64,000 nt of DNA from Veleropilina oligotropha. Taxonomy: Eukaryota. Position numbers and translations under genes: made by a program. Positions within the stretch are counted from its first letter, which is position 1, and each line of letters starts with the position of its first letter. Under the pieces are notes generated by a model. It saw only the letters and a list, made by a program, of their open reading frames with translations, did no database searches and was not told where the DNA came from. Shown piece by piece: positions 12,436-24,231 of the stretch. The stretch is from the NCBI GenBank assembly GCA_048128005.1, contig JBEUKZ010000018.1:124001-188000 (forward strand), written 5' to 3'.

Positions 12436-13628
12436 GCATTCTTTCTTGATTAATCAATTAAATACTTCGTGCTGACGCAATGTTATTGTTGTGCCTAACT
12501 GTTCTAGATGAAATAGACACATTATGAGGCGATTCAATGTATGTTCATTTCTTAAAAACATTTTAAGATCTTGATATTTTCATGTCATACCTGAGTATTT
12601 TGACAAGCCAGTTCACATTGAATTTAATAAACAACTATATTGCAAAAAGTCTTATAGGATTTTGAGGTTCAATATTATTGATGTTCTATGCTGTATAGAA
12701 CATACGATGTTCAAGACATTGAAAAAATTTTAATATTTGCTTCCTTAAAATTTATTTTAAGTAACATGTTGTACATGTTAGCCTTTCGCAAGTTGGTCAT
12801 GCGAATCACTTATTAATATCGATTATTTATAAATAATCTATTAATTCTTTGCTTATGATTTATATCTTCACTACCTAGCTATTAGGTTCCGTGTGCTTAC
12901 AAATCCGACTGCTTCCTCTGGCTACCGGCCTATGGCCCGGAGTACCATTTGGCTGCCACTGGCCCATGACACGTAAGACCTACAAGGATAATCCTTCCGG
13001 CCGTGCCTGGGGCTGAGTGCACTTCCGCTTCACCTCGTCCGACTAACACCACGGCGTATTCTCCCGGTAACACTGGTCGAAATTCTCGCTTGGTAAGAAT
13101 AGAATATAATACTCAGTAAATTCCACTCTGGGCGGACACAATCGACGCTTCATGCTGATTGAGATGGTGAAAAGTAAGTCATAATCTTGTTTGGGTTTGT
13201 TGTAAGGAACTTCTTACCCACCTATCCAAGGTCATTCTGGCAAGAGTAAGGACGTAAGTATGTTTGTAACTACATATGAGGTTTTTAATTAAACCTAATA
13301 TTAGTTAAAACATACTTATGTCCTTACTGTGATTACCCACCCTGCGTTTCGCATTCCTCCCCTCTTACTAAGTTCCTTTGGGGTTCTGAACTTTGAATTG
13401 AGGTCTTGTGACTTTGATGGCTCGGATGTCTCGCGAGACTTGGCGAGATCTCGCCGGGGGAACTTAGGAGAGGTGGAGCAGGGGAGGTAATCGTAGTGGT
13501 TTTGACTTAAAAGGAGTGCATAAATGTGACTTTATTCACTGTTTCCGGTTGGCGATAATATGACTATTATGGCAAGAGTAAGGACGTAAGTATGTTTTAA
13601 CTAATATTAGGTTTAATTAAAAACCTCA

Positions 13629-14570
13629 TCTTACTGTGTTGTGTCAGTGTCTTACTGTGACATGTCAGTGTCTTACTGTGACGTATCAGTGTCTTACTGT
13701 GACATGTCAGTGTCTTACTGTGATGTGTCAGTGTCTTAATGTGACATGTCAGTGTCTTACTGTGACGTGTCAGTGTCTTACTGTGACGTATCAGTGTCTT
13801 ACTGTGACGCGTCAGTGTCTTACTGTGACATGTCAGTGTCTTACTGGGATGTGTCAGTGTCTTACTGTGACATGTCAGTGTCTTACTGTGATGTGTCAGT
13901 GTCTTACTGTGATGTGTCAGTGTCTTACTGTGACGCGTCAGTGTCTTACTGTGACATGTCAGTGTCTTACTGTGATGTGTCAGTGTCTTACTGTGACGTG
14001 TCAGTGTCTTACTGTGACATGTCAGTGTCTTACTGTGACATGTCAGTGTCTTACTGTGATGTGTCAGTATCTTACTGTGACATGTCAGTGTCTTACTGTG
14101 ACATGTCAGTGTCTTACTGTGATGTGTCAGTGTCTTACTGTGACATGTCAGTGTCTTACTGTGACGTGTCAGTGTCTTACTGTGATGTGTCAGTGTCTTA
14201 CTGTGACATGTCAGTGTCTTACTGTGACATGTCAGTGTCTTACTGTGACATGTCAGTGTCTTACTGTGATGTGTCAGTGTCTTACTGTGACATGTCAGTG
14301 TCTTACTGGGACGTGTCAGTGTCTTACTGTGACATGTCAGTGTCTTACTGTGATGTGTCAGTATCTTACTGTGACATGTCAGTGTCTTACTGTGACGTGT
14401 CAGTGTCTTACTGTGATGTGTCAGTGTCTTACTGTGACATGTCAGTGTCTTACTGTGACGTGTCAGTGTCTTACTGTGACGTGTCAGTATCTTACTGTGA
14501 CGTGTCAGTGTCTTACTGTACGTACCAGTGTCTTACTGTACGTACCAGTGTCTTACTGTGACGTGTCAGT
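13629..14570. repeat. 21-bp minisatellite, right part
   Basis: About 45 tandem units of the same motif. Confidence 0.97.
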
Positions 14571-14626
14571 TTATTGTGGTTTATGCTGTGTATGAAGACA
14601 TTCTGATATCATTTTATTCTTTGCAG

Positions 14627-14781
14627 AAAATGAAACTAGGATAACAGCAAACGATCTTGAGATTGATTTAATGATGTAGACTTCAACATGTAGGATCGTT
14701 GTCTTGGGTTATCCACTCGCGTGCAGCTGGGCTGTTAAGGCTGTATGGACATGGATGTCAAATAGGCCTCCGAAAGCTATG
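14627..14781 (+). CDS. Host gene exon with putative start codon (coding 14755-14781, MSNRPPKAM)
   Basis: Acceptor ttttattctttgcag|14627 and donor 14781|gtaggg. ATG at 14755 gives 9 codons and a phase-0 end that matches the phase-0 start of exon 27242. Confidence 0.55.
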
Positions 14782-15403
14782 GTAGGGAAACACTTAATTA
14801 TTGCAACTTTCATACAAATGATATGTGGATTACATGTATGGGTATATTAATTTGTATACATAAAATAAACTTGTATGCTATATAGTAGGAATAATCATCT
14901 GCATCGCTGCTTTATGCCAATGATGTATTTCATGTTCATAACTGTATTCAGAATTAATACCAGCTGGGGCTGCATGATCTAGGCTTATTTTGCACCCGTT
15001 ATATCGGGTTTGGGTGTCTGGAGTTTGGGTGCCCATACTGGAGAAAGTGAAAAAAATAGGCTTTACTCTAGGCTACGAAATTTAGGCGACAAATCCTTAA
15101 AATATATGAAATGAAAAATTGTCACTAGTTACAACGTTATTATGTATAGGCCTACGCTTTAATTCTCTTGCGATTTTGTCGATATTAATTTCGTGGGATT
15201 AGTTTTAGTGATAAATTATCTCCCCTGTGTTGTCATTCATGCGCCTGGTATAATTTATTTTTCCTGACCTGCATTCAGCGCAATAAAAGCAAATTTGAAA
15301 GTATAACGTTCGATTACAATCCAGGTGCGTTGGAAGCCAGCTGACATTGAGGCTGCTACTTGAGCGGCCGAAGACCGCGAACATTGAGCAACCGTAGGTC
15401 ACG

Positions 15404-15490
15404 AATATATAGGGGGGTTTGGGGGCATGCCCCCCCTAGATTTTTTGTATTTGGACGCTCGGAGAAGCGTTCTCCTGCATTTTGGGACAC
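15404..15490. repeat. MITE-type GC hairpin remnant (gggggcatgccccccc)
   Basis: The hairpin is followed by ...tcctgcatttt, as in the related remnant at 463-560. Confidence 0.45.
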
Positions 15491-15842
15491 AAATTCACAG
15501 TTTTTTTGCTTAAAAATTTCATGTTTGGAGATTATAGAAATTATTAAAAACGTTAAAATTTTCTATAATAAACTTTGCAGTATCCGCATTGTAGATAAAT
15601 TTGGAAAAACGGAATGCCTCAGGCGCGATTTTCCGGTACACAGGTCACCATTTCACCTGCCGCAAGTTGCATAAATAACTGGCTCAAAGGCTTTTTTGCA
15701 GAAACATAATTATCATGATTCGGAGAATAATATTTGAAGGCTAAAGACTGGCTTAGTGTGTGTATGAGCGTATCAATGGACAATATCTAAGTACATGTAA
15801 GCAGTACTGAAGTAGGACAGCCATAAACATAGAGGTGAACCA

Positions 15843-16712
15843 CCCATACCAAAATAATATGCTTCTGGCACAGCTCTCCGGCACATATGCCGCAAGGTTG
15901 CGGCAACTGTGCCGCACGGGTTCCCTGGCACAGGTCACTTTTGACATGCAAATTAGGTGCTGCGGCATGGGTCTTCTGGCGCATGTGCGGCAGGATTCTG
16001 CACCACAGGTCTTCTGGCACATGTGCGGCAACCTTACGGTAAGCTTGCTGCACATGTGCCGGAAGTCATGAGTTTAGCAGTATTATTCTACATGATAAAA
16101 TAACTTCATTTATGATATATATATATATATAAGCTAATGAAATTACTAGTTCAGATTGATTCCAACAGATGTTGCTATTATACTAGTGAACTGGAGATGT
16201 TAATAAATACTATGAAATCTGACAATCTTACCTCTGATTTCATCAAATGCATCTTTTAAAAATTACTATTTCCTTTCTGATGTACTTCTGCATCCGTGTG
16301 TGATAGGTTACAAGACTTAAAATTCATAAATTCATGATAGTGAACACCAAATATTTCAACTCTTTTCTGAAGATAACACCTTTACCCATCATAATATCAT
16401 ACTTATAATGGATTTAGATAATCCAAAAAGAGTTAAATTTAGCGTAACAACAGAGTACTGCATGATGCAATATGCCTGCATGACCGTCTGCTGTTTGACC
16501 GAAATATTTTGACCAATCAACAGCATACTGATACCGAGTATTGAAGACCGTGCCGCTAGCGGCGCACTCCTCAATAACTGTGCCGGAGCACTTCCGCTAG
16601 CCGCACATGTTGGTGCGGGTTTGGAAACTGTTTGCGGCACACTATTTCATGGGCGGCAACCTTAACGCACATGTGCGGTAAGGTTACCACACAGGATATA
16701 GTTTTGTAAGGG
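15843..16712. mobile_element. Non-autonomous CMC/EnSpm-like DNA transposon
   Basis: Termini cccataccaaaa and ttttgtaaggg, a 2-bp TSD (CA), and multiple subterminal gcacatgtgcgg / cttctggcaca repeats at both ends. Confidence 0.6.
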
Positions 16713-19015
16713 CAATTGCCGCCTTGAGTGACAACTTTTAATATTGCGATAGATCATACTGAATGCTTCTATTCGTTCTATTGTGAAACTGCAACACGTT
16801 TCCTTCAGTTTCTTAAGTCGAAGACGTTCCTGGAAAACTCAAAGACGAGGAGAGATAATATGTCAGTCTCTAATATCTTGGGTTACTGCATAGCGGTTAA
16901 AATAGCTTATTTAAAAGGGGCCATCGCCTCCGGTCGTAGCCAAGTTGCTACCAGCGATATCCGCTTCTAAGTTGTGATCGTCTGTTGCTAAATATCTGAC
17001 TTCAAGGAATCTAGATGTCCGCGTAAGTTAACTCCCATGTTCGGAAATGTTGTGAGTTTCCATAAAGATGGTAAGGATTCATGTCCCATGACTACCATAG
17101 AACCTGGCAGTCATCGATTCCTCCGGTACAACCCTGTCATGGTTCAACTTGCAGTTACTTGACAATGGAGTCAATTCCAATATACATTGGAAGATACAGT
17201 TTATTTACAGCAGCAATATAATGGCGGTTATACATCTGCAGAACAAAAGCAAAGCAGCAGATATAGGCCTATATGAGTTCAACCTCGATTGGCGGTCGGA
17301 ACTAATTTGCACAATACAAATTACCCTATTTTAAAAGATAGTCGTCCACAAATGGTTATCAAGTTATTTAACTTCATTGGTTTAGAGAGATCATTCGATG
17401 CTGACTAAACAACTACTGATGGAAAATTCCAGTTACAGGGCGCATGTATGTCTTGACAGTGGCGTAGTTACTATAATCTATTAGGCAAAGTAGGCACGGG
17501 CATGCTACATTTGTGTGGCACGAAGAATACTGCTGTCAGTCAAGTGAAAGGATTAATCTCCGTACATATTGGGGCCGCGGTCGCGGCCCATGCTGCGACG
17601 CCTCTGCAATCTAGACCACTACCCAACTTTTAACTTGGGTAATGCCCACTTCGACCGTGCCCAACTTTCCACAGTATTAACTTCGGCAATAAGCTTCGTA
17701 TTCTCTTTTCGTTACAAATGTTGTTTTAGAATTCGTATACTGTTAGTGGTTTAAAAAGTTCTGATATTTGACTATTGTAGATGTGCTGTCGGAGTATATA
17801 TTATTTGATAATACTGTAGGAATTCATAAAAGAAGATTGGGCAACAGTGCCAAAGTTAGAACATGCAATGAGAAGTTTGGCGTGACCTTTGACCGTGTAC
17901 ATGTCTCGCTTGTTACACACAAAAATATCGAATTAAATTTAAACAGGCGTTTGCAAATTAAAATCCCGAGACCTAATTTGTCATTTTACATAAAATACTA
18001 TCTATATCAAATATACTTACGTCCTTACTAATGCCATAATAAGCCTATTATCGCTAAATCCGGACAAGGTGGAAATGGTAATTTCGCACTTTTTAGTAAA
18101 TTTAACCCAGTTGACCCACTGACCTGCTCGACCTCCTCCAGTTCATGCCTATTAAGAGCTCGCCAACTCCCGCGAGATCCTCGTGACCAAGGGTCAAGAC
18201 CTCATCCGAAGTTTTCCGCCTGATTGAACAAGTCGCGTTTTACTTTGCTCCACAATCTGTTGTGATTTTCGGTCTTTTTCGAGCCTGATTTACCAATCAT
18301 ATAAGCTCATAAGATCGTTTGTAGTGTTGTAAACACGTTTAGTGGAAAGACAGAGTTTTCCTCCTGAATAAGCCCTTCTAGAGGTTTTTTCCTGTCGACA
18401 AAGACAAAAAACGAAATCGACACCCTCCACTGAAGCGACGCCATCTTGGACTTCTGAAACAGAAAGAAAAGAGGACGCTCAGATGGATCTTTAAAGAAGG
18501 AAGCTCCTTAGCAATTACTACGGAGTCAGGAGAGAGTTGATTATTGATATTGCTTGAATTTGCATTGCATTTCATTTATATATATATATATATACGATAA
18601 TTCCTCAACGACGTTTTTCTTGCTATAAATTTATGTAAATAAAATTTATCGTCGTTGAAAAGCAGATTGTTTAGAATTTAACTAGCGTTATTTTGGTAAA
18701 TCTGCTAAATCGGGGATAGCACGCCGAATTCTAACAAATTGATATATATACATCCAAGAGGTTTTAGGTGTAAAAGGGCGGTTTCTGTAAAAGAAAGACC
18801 TCCCGTTTCTCAATTCGTTGGCCGACTCGTGTTAAAAAGTTTATCAAAGTCAGTGTTTTTTGGGCGTATAATCCGCCGTAAGTTTTAAGCGTATTTCAGC
18901 CTTTTCCAGCTCTCGGATCAGGTACAATCGAGGTTGTAGTAGTAATTTGGTAAACTACCCGGGAAATATCCTTATCACTTAAAACCCTATCTCCTACCTA
19001 CCCGTGTACGTAGCT

Positions 19016-21256
19016 ATGATGCATTGCAGTGTTTCCGGGTGCAGACAGAAAATCCGTGGTTTTGACAGGCACTCCGAATGCACTCTTCACCGTGTTTGTT
19101 CTAGCGATAAGAACCATCCATGTGAGCATTGTATAGCACTAACGAATCGGCAGTGGGAGACTCTTTTCCCATCGAAGAAGACGACCAGGGTGTCTTCTTC
19201 CGATGGGGCATCCACCGAGAAGCTCCAGAGACTAGAGACAGGCTTTAATCCTTCACTTTCTCTTTCAGATCCTCTCGAGGATAGCCGTGTTGGGCTCGAC
19301 GGAACCTCTGAGACTTTGGGGAAAGTCCCGGAATCTTCGTCGGGATCCCAGATTCAGGTAAGGGCCCCGAGTGCCGACCGACCCTCTCCTTTGGGCCTAG
19401 TAACCGCTGCTCATAGTATCTTGCCGGCCAGTAAGATACGTCGAGCGCTGCGGCGAAAAGCTGAGCAGGGCAGACAAAACCTTCCCTCTCCTCCGGCCTC
19501 GGAGGAGCAAGGCAGCGTTAGTCCTTCTGTGAGTCTAGTAGCTTCTGAACAAGAAGCAGCTTCTGAACAAGAAGCGCAGAGACTAGCAGAGAAAGTCGAT
19601 ACAGTTGCTGGGCACCACGAAAGTGGTCGAAGTTCCAGACGCTCGACGAAACCCGTCCTCTCGTCCGACAACGGCGCTAGTTTAAAGACTAATCCCGCCA
19701 CCGTCGGAGCCCACGAGAGTGATGGAAGGCCAACCACCTCTGACGATTCTTATCAAGACGTCCCGGGTGGTGTGGTAGGACCGGCTGCGTTCGGGGCTGA
19801 GGCGTACGGCGGGTTTACCACCGTGTCTCACCCGAGCAGGGTTACAGACCCGTATGGACTGTGGTCGCAGTCTTACGGGTCGTTCGCACCGTTTAACGCG
19901 CCTCCGGGCCGTTTCCCTGGCTGCGGTTTCCTGACAGGTAACCCGAGTCCCTGGTACTCTGCTCCACCTGTCCGTGCAGCCCGTCAACCATGCGCTACGG
20001 TATCCTCGAGCGGACCAATGGCTGTTGGTCCGACGTCCGTCATGCCTCCGGGTTTCTCTCTTGAGAACGTCCAGGCTATGATTGCGGCGGAAGTCGAGGC
20101 TCGTTGTAGGTCCTGGCAACCGGCTACCCAGCCGCCCCAGGTCCCAACGTCTCTGACCGTAATGCCGGGCTCGGCTCATGCTTCGGTGATGGAAGTCGAT
20201 CCTCGTTCCGACGAGGACAGCGCTTCTACTCACTCTGACCTCCCTGAATCGGTCGGACCAGACGACTCTTGTAGTCAGTCTGGCACGCATGAGACCATCT
20301 CCGCCACCCGCAGAAGATACGACGCTGTCGCGTCGCTTCGCGGGGTGCTAGACTTGCCAGACCCGGCTCTGCCGGTAGGCTTCGTCAGGCACAGGACAGC
20401 GGCACGTCGATTTGATGGGCCGGAAGCCCCCCTGCTTCCTACCCTACCCCAGTCTGGGTTGGTCTCGCTCGTCCTCGACTCGGCGACCAAATCCATTCAG
20501 GGATCCAAATCGGTGGAGACTTCCTCGTTAACGGAGTACCCTAGTGGTCTGCGTAAAGGAAAGTACCTCCGACCCAGTAGACGTCCGATTTCGATCGGAT
20601 GCTCTGGGGCGTGTCTGGAGACTGAGCCGGTTCAGATCGATGCAGCGATGCGTCGACTGTCGGCCAGCACAGCTCCCTCAGTGGTCAAAGTTCCATGGGT
20701 CGCCATGGAGGGCTTTGAGAGCTCCGCCCGTCGAGCTCTACGGCATGCCTCTATCCAGGATTTTTTCCTAGACGGAGCCATTACCGTACTACAAGAGGAC
20801 GGACCCCGCGCTCGTGAGATCGCACTGTCCTTCCTCGAAGAGGTTGCCGCCTCCACGGAGAACTCCGCGTCGGAGTCAGCCCGATCCTTAGGCAACGCTG
20901 TCCTACTTCGTAGAGACGCGTGCCTAGACGGCACCACGTAGGACGACGCCACCCGGCTGTCCCTGCGTTGTGTACCGTTGTCGGCCTCTACTCTCTTCGG
21001 AGACAAATTCGTCGAATTTGTCGAGAAGAGAGCGGCTGACCTAAAGGATCGCGCGATAGAGAAAGCAGTCTTGGCTACTCCTCGGAGTACGCCGGCTGCT
21101 GCCTCTAGGAAGCGCTCGAGACCGGCCCGGTCTCATCAGCCTTCCAAGCGTGCTAAACCTTCGCGTGGTGGGCCTTCTCAGGCCAAGAAACCTATCGCGA
21201 AACCAGCACCTCCGACGAAATCCCGTCAGAGCGGGAGAGGGAAGCCGCGGCCCTAG
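19016..21256 (+). pseudogene. B1 ORF1 Gag-like, premature TAG at 20939-20941
   Basis: Homologous to A1 gag. TAG replaces the TTA (Leu) seen in B2. There is an 18-bp tandem duplication (ASEQEA twice). Confidence 0.9.
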
Positions 21257-23564
21257 GGTTGCCGGCGCTCGCGACGAGCCCAGTTGCACGCTTCCGCCGG
21301 TGGGAGCGTGTCTGTTAGAGTACAGCCTGTCCTGGCTGGAAATGACAGAGGACAACTGGGTTCACTCAGTCGTGAGTGCCGGATACAAGTTGGCATTCGA
21401 CCGGCATCCAACCCTAGACGCGACACCACCACCAGGACGCGCTCGTCTCCTAATAAGAGAAAAGCAAGCCGTCCTAGACCAGGCAGTGCGGGACTTACTC
21501 TCGAAGAGAGCGATCTATCCCGCGCCGCCCAGCACACCAGGATATTACAGCCACTTTTTCCTGGTCCCGAAACCCGATGGCCGTTGGCGACCGATCCTCG
21601 ATCTGTCGTTCCTCAACCAGTATCTTCGTACCGAGAAGTTCAAGCAAGAAACACTCTCGAAGATACGAATGGCCATCCGTCCGGGCGACTGGGCAGCGTC
21701 TATCGACTTGACCGATGCGTACCTACACGTTCCGATGCACGTCTCGGCTCACCGGTACCTACGGTTTGTCCACGGGGGAACGGTCTACCAATTCAGGTGT
21801 CTACCGTTCGGTCTATCGTCAGCCCCGTACGTCTTCACGCGGGTAGTACAGGCTCTCGGGGCCTTCCTACACTCGCAAGGGCACAGAGTACACATGTACC
21901 TCGACGACTGGTTGATTCTCGGGGCGTCCCGGGATCAGTGCCTCCAGTCTATGAGCGTTACCCTGTCATCGGCGAAGCGCCTAGGATTACAGATCAACAA
22001 CGACAAATCCTGCTTCGTGCCCTCGACGACGTTTATATTTCTAGGGGTCGAATTCGACACGGTCCGGTACACCGCGAAACCGACTCAGAAACGTATAGAG
22101 AACCTACGCGCAGTTATACTGGAAACAAAGTCTTCACGGATAACTACAGCGCGACGACTGGCCACTGTCCTAGGGCACATCGAGTCGGTAGCTCCCCTGT
22201 TACCGATGGGTCGCATGGACAAACGACCGTTGCAGCAGGCCTTCAAGGACCGCTGGATACAACGTACGGGACAGTGGACGGATCGCATCGATCTTCGGCA
22301 TTGGTTCAATCGCACGACAGCAGTGTGGTTGAACACTACCCTGCCGAGCCAGTCGGTTCCAATATCCCCCCCAGAACCGAACGCCTACCTCTTCACGGAT
22401 GCGTCAAACGAGGGCTGGGGAGGGCACCTCGACAGTCACGAGACATCGGGCCTATGGCCTACGGACCTTCAGGGACGACACATCAACTTCCTAGAGTTAG
22501 AAGCCGTCTACCTGTCAGTACAGTCCCTCTCGTCACATCTCCGCAACCAGCACATTATGCTAGCAACGGACAACACGACTGTCGTCGCTTACATTCAGCA
22601 CCAGGGCGGCACCCGCTCCCGTCCGCTTTGCGACCGAGCGATCGACCTACACCGCCTAGTGATGTCCCTCAACTCGACAATTCGAGCCCGACACATCCCG
22701 GAGAAGCTGAATGTCAGAGCGGATACGCTCTCTCGGAAAACACAGATAATACACACAGAGTGGACGCTACACGCCCGTGTAGCCCGAGATGTCTGTCGCC
22801 TGTGGTCGCAGCCTCAAGTCGACCTATTCGCAACCGAATACAATCACCGACTCCCTCTCTATGTGTCTCCTTACCCGGACCCGGCCGCTATAGCGGTCGA
22901 CGCTCTGTCAATGAGATGGGAGAATCTGATCGCCTACGCCTTCCCACCGTCGTGCATGTTGGCACAAGTACTACGGAAAGCGACCCGCGAAGACTGCGAG
23001 TTAACGCTAATAGCACCCCTACAACGCACGCAGTCCTGGTTTCCGACACTTCTGGATCTACTCATCGATCAGCCACGAGCGCTACCGCAGATGACAGACC
23101 TGTTATCGCAACCGCGCAGTCGGGTCCTACACCCGTCGGCGAGCGAGTTTCACTTTCACGCCTGGCGACTATCGAGAGATCGCTCATTAAGAAAGGCTTT
23201 TCTAGAGCGACAGCCCAGCGCATCTACCGATCTAGAAGGCCATCTACAACAAGGGTATATGACTACCGATGGAAGAAATTTGTGGATTGGTGTCGCGGGC
23301 GGCAGGTCAATATTTTCCGCCCCCCCCTGTGACAAAATTTATCGAGTTTTTGTCGTCGTTGCTCGAACGTGGAATGTCTATTTCCGCGGTCAAAGGCTAC
23401 CGATCATGCGTAGCAACGACGTTACGACAATGCCGCGAGCACACCCGCTTGTCTACCGACAAAACAATATCGGACTTTATACGCTCCTACCAACTCGAAC
23501 GGCCCATTCAGCAGGTGCGACCGCCTGCTTGGAATGTCATGTTAATTCTCAATGCTTTACTTAG
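21150..23564 (+). CDS. B1 pol: RT-RNaseH-Dam-like MTase, catalytic motifs intact
   Basis: YLDD, FTDAS and YAFPP are present. The C-terminus runs on because the C-run at 23320-23327 has 8 C against 6 in the other copies. Confidence 0.9.
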   Translation: MLNLRVVGLLRPRNLSRNQHLRRNPVRAGEGSRGPRVAGARDEPSCTLPPVGACLLEYSLSWLEMTEDNWVHSVVSAGYKLAFDRHPTLDATPPPGRARLLIREKQAVLDQAVRDLLSKRAIYPAPPSTPGYYSHFFLVPKPDGRWRPILDLSFLNQYLRTEKFKQETLSKIRMAIRPGDWAASIDLTDAYLHVPMHVSAHRYLRFVHGGTVYQFRCLPFGLSSAPYVFTRVVQALGAFLHSQGHRVHMYLDDWLILGASRDQCLQSMSVTLSSAKRLGLQINNDKSCFVPSTTFIFLGVEFDTVRYTAKPTQKRIENLRAVILETKSSRITTARRLATVLGHIESVAPLLPMGRMDKRPLQQAFKDRWIQRTGQWTDRIDLRHWFNRTTAVWLNTTLPSQSVPISPPEPNAYLFTDASNEGWGGHLDSHETSGLWPTDLQGRHINFLELEAVYLSVQSLSSHLRNQHIMLATDNTTVVAYIQHQGGTRSRPLCDRAIDLHRLVMSLNSTIRARHIPEKLNVRADTLSRKTQIIHTEWTLHARVARDVCRLWSQPQVDLFATEYNHRLPLYVSPYPDPAAIAVDALSMRWENLIAYAFPPSCMLAQVLRKATREDCELTLIAPLQRTQSWFPTLLDLLIDQPRALPQMTDLLSQPRSRVLHPSASEFHFHAWRLSRDRSLRKAFLERQPSASTDLEGHLQQGYMTTDGRNLWIGVAGGRSIFSAPPCDKIYRVFVVVARTWNVYFRGQRLPIMRSNDVTTMPRAHPLVYRQNNIGLYTLLPTRTAHSAGATACLECHVNSQCFT

Positions 23565-24231
23565 ATGCCCGTACGAGCCTATGAGTGAATGTTCCCTCAA
23601 AAATCTCACTTATAAGACCGTATTTCTTACCGCTCTCGCCACCGGTAACAGGGCATCGGAGATACACGCTTTATCCGGAGAGCTTCGAGATATACACTTC
23701 CACACCGATGGGTCGTTGACGCTGCATACAGTCCTTGGCTTCCTCGCGAAGACACAAAGACCTGAAGATATCAGTCCCGAGGTTTGTATCCGTAACCTCT
23801 CCATGCTGGATAGAGATGATATCGACCGCCTGAACTGCCCCGTTCGTGCGCTGAGATTCTACCTGGATCGGACCCGAGACCTACGGCAGGGTAAAAAGCG
23901 TTTATTCGTTAGCCATATGCCTCAATTTCACCGCGACATTCGCAAATCGACTGTTTCACGTTGGATAGTTTCTGTTGTAAAAGAAATTTACAGTCGGTCC
24001 AATGAGCCAGAACGAGATCTCGTCTCAATTCACGCGCATGAAACTCGTGCTTTAGCGACCTCCTTGGCTTTCAAATATAATTTGAATATCAATGCAATCT
24101 TGAAGAGTGCTAATACCTTTGTTCGCTTCTACCTGCGTGATTACGCTACCACGGCTGCAGGCGAGCATAGAATTTCCTTTGTGGCGGCAAATCAACAATG
24201 TATTAGAGGATCTAGGTCATCCTTGCAGTGA
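21257..24231 (+). pseudogene. B1 ORF3/tyrosine recombinase, frameshifted at the C-run and missing AGYWK
   Basis: TGNRASEI, CPVRAL, AHETRA and FVRFYLR are present. A 15-bp deletion relative to B2 removes the conserved G-x-W. Confidence 0.9.

Larger units (their letters stand above)
6576..13628 (+). mobile_element. DIRS1-type YR retrotransposon, family A copy 1 (A1), inserted in a 21-bp minisatellite
   Basis: ITRs 6587-6772 and 13389-13597. ICR 13238-13328 is complementary to both ends. Carries gag, pol and YR ORFs. No TSD: flanks cagtgT and Tcttactg rejoin one satellite unit. Confidence 0.97.

Noticed and set aside
12880..13200. Hammerhead or other known ribozyme in the DIRS 3' UTR
   Set aside because: I found no CUGANGA...GAAA core shared by both families on either strand by eye. 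It is reported only as a structured RNA, pending an Infernal search.
13319..13333. A1 ICR end (tgtccttactgtgat) resembling the target minisatellite (tgtcttactgtgat), suggesting homology-guided targeting
   Set aside because: A2 has cgtccttaccacgat. Both derive simply by CpG decay from an ancestral cgtccttaccgcgat, so the match is probably coincidental.
13636..14595. 319-aa Cys-rich ORF and 271-aa overlapping ORF
   Set aside because: These are translations of a 21-bp minisatellite (unit length divisible by 3), which is also split by a retrotransposon.
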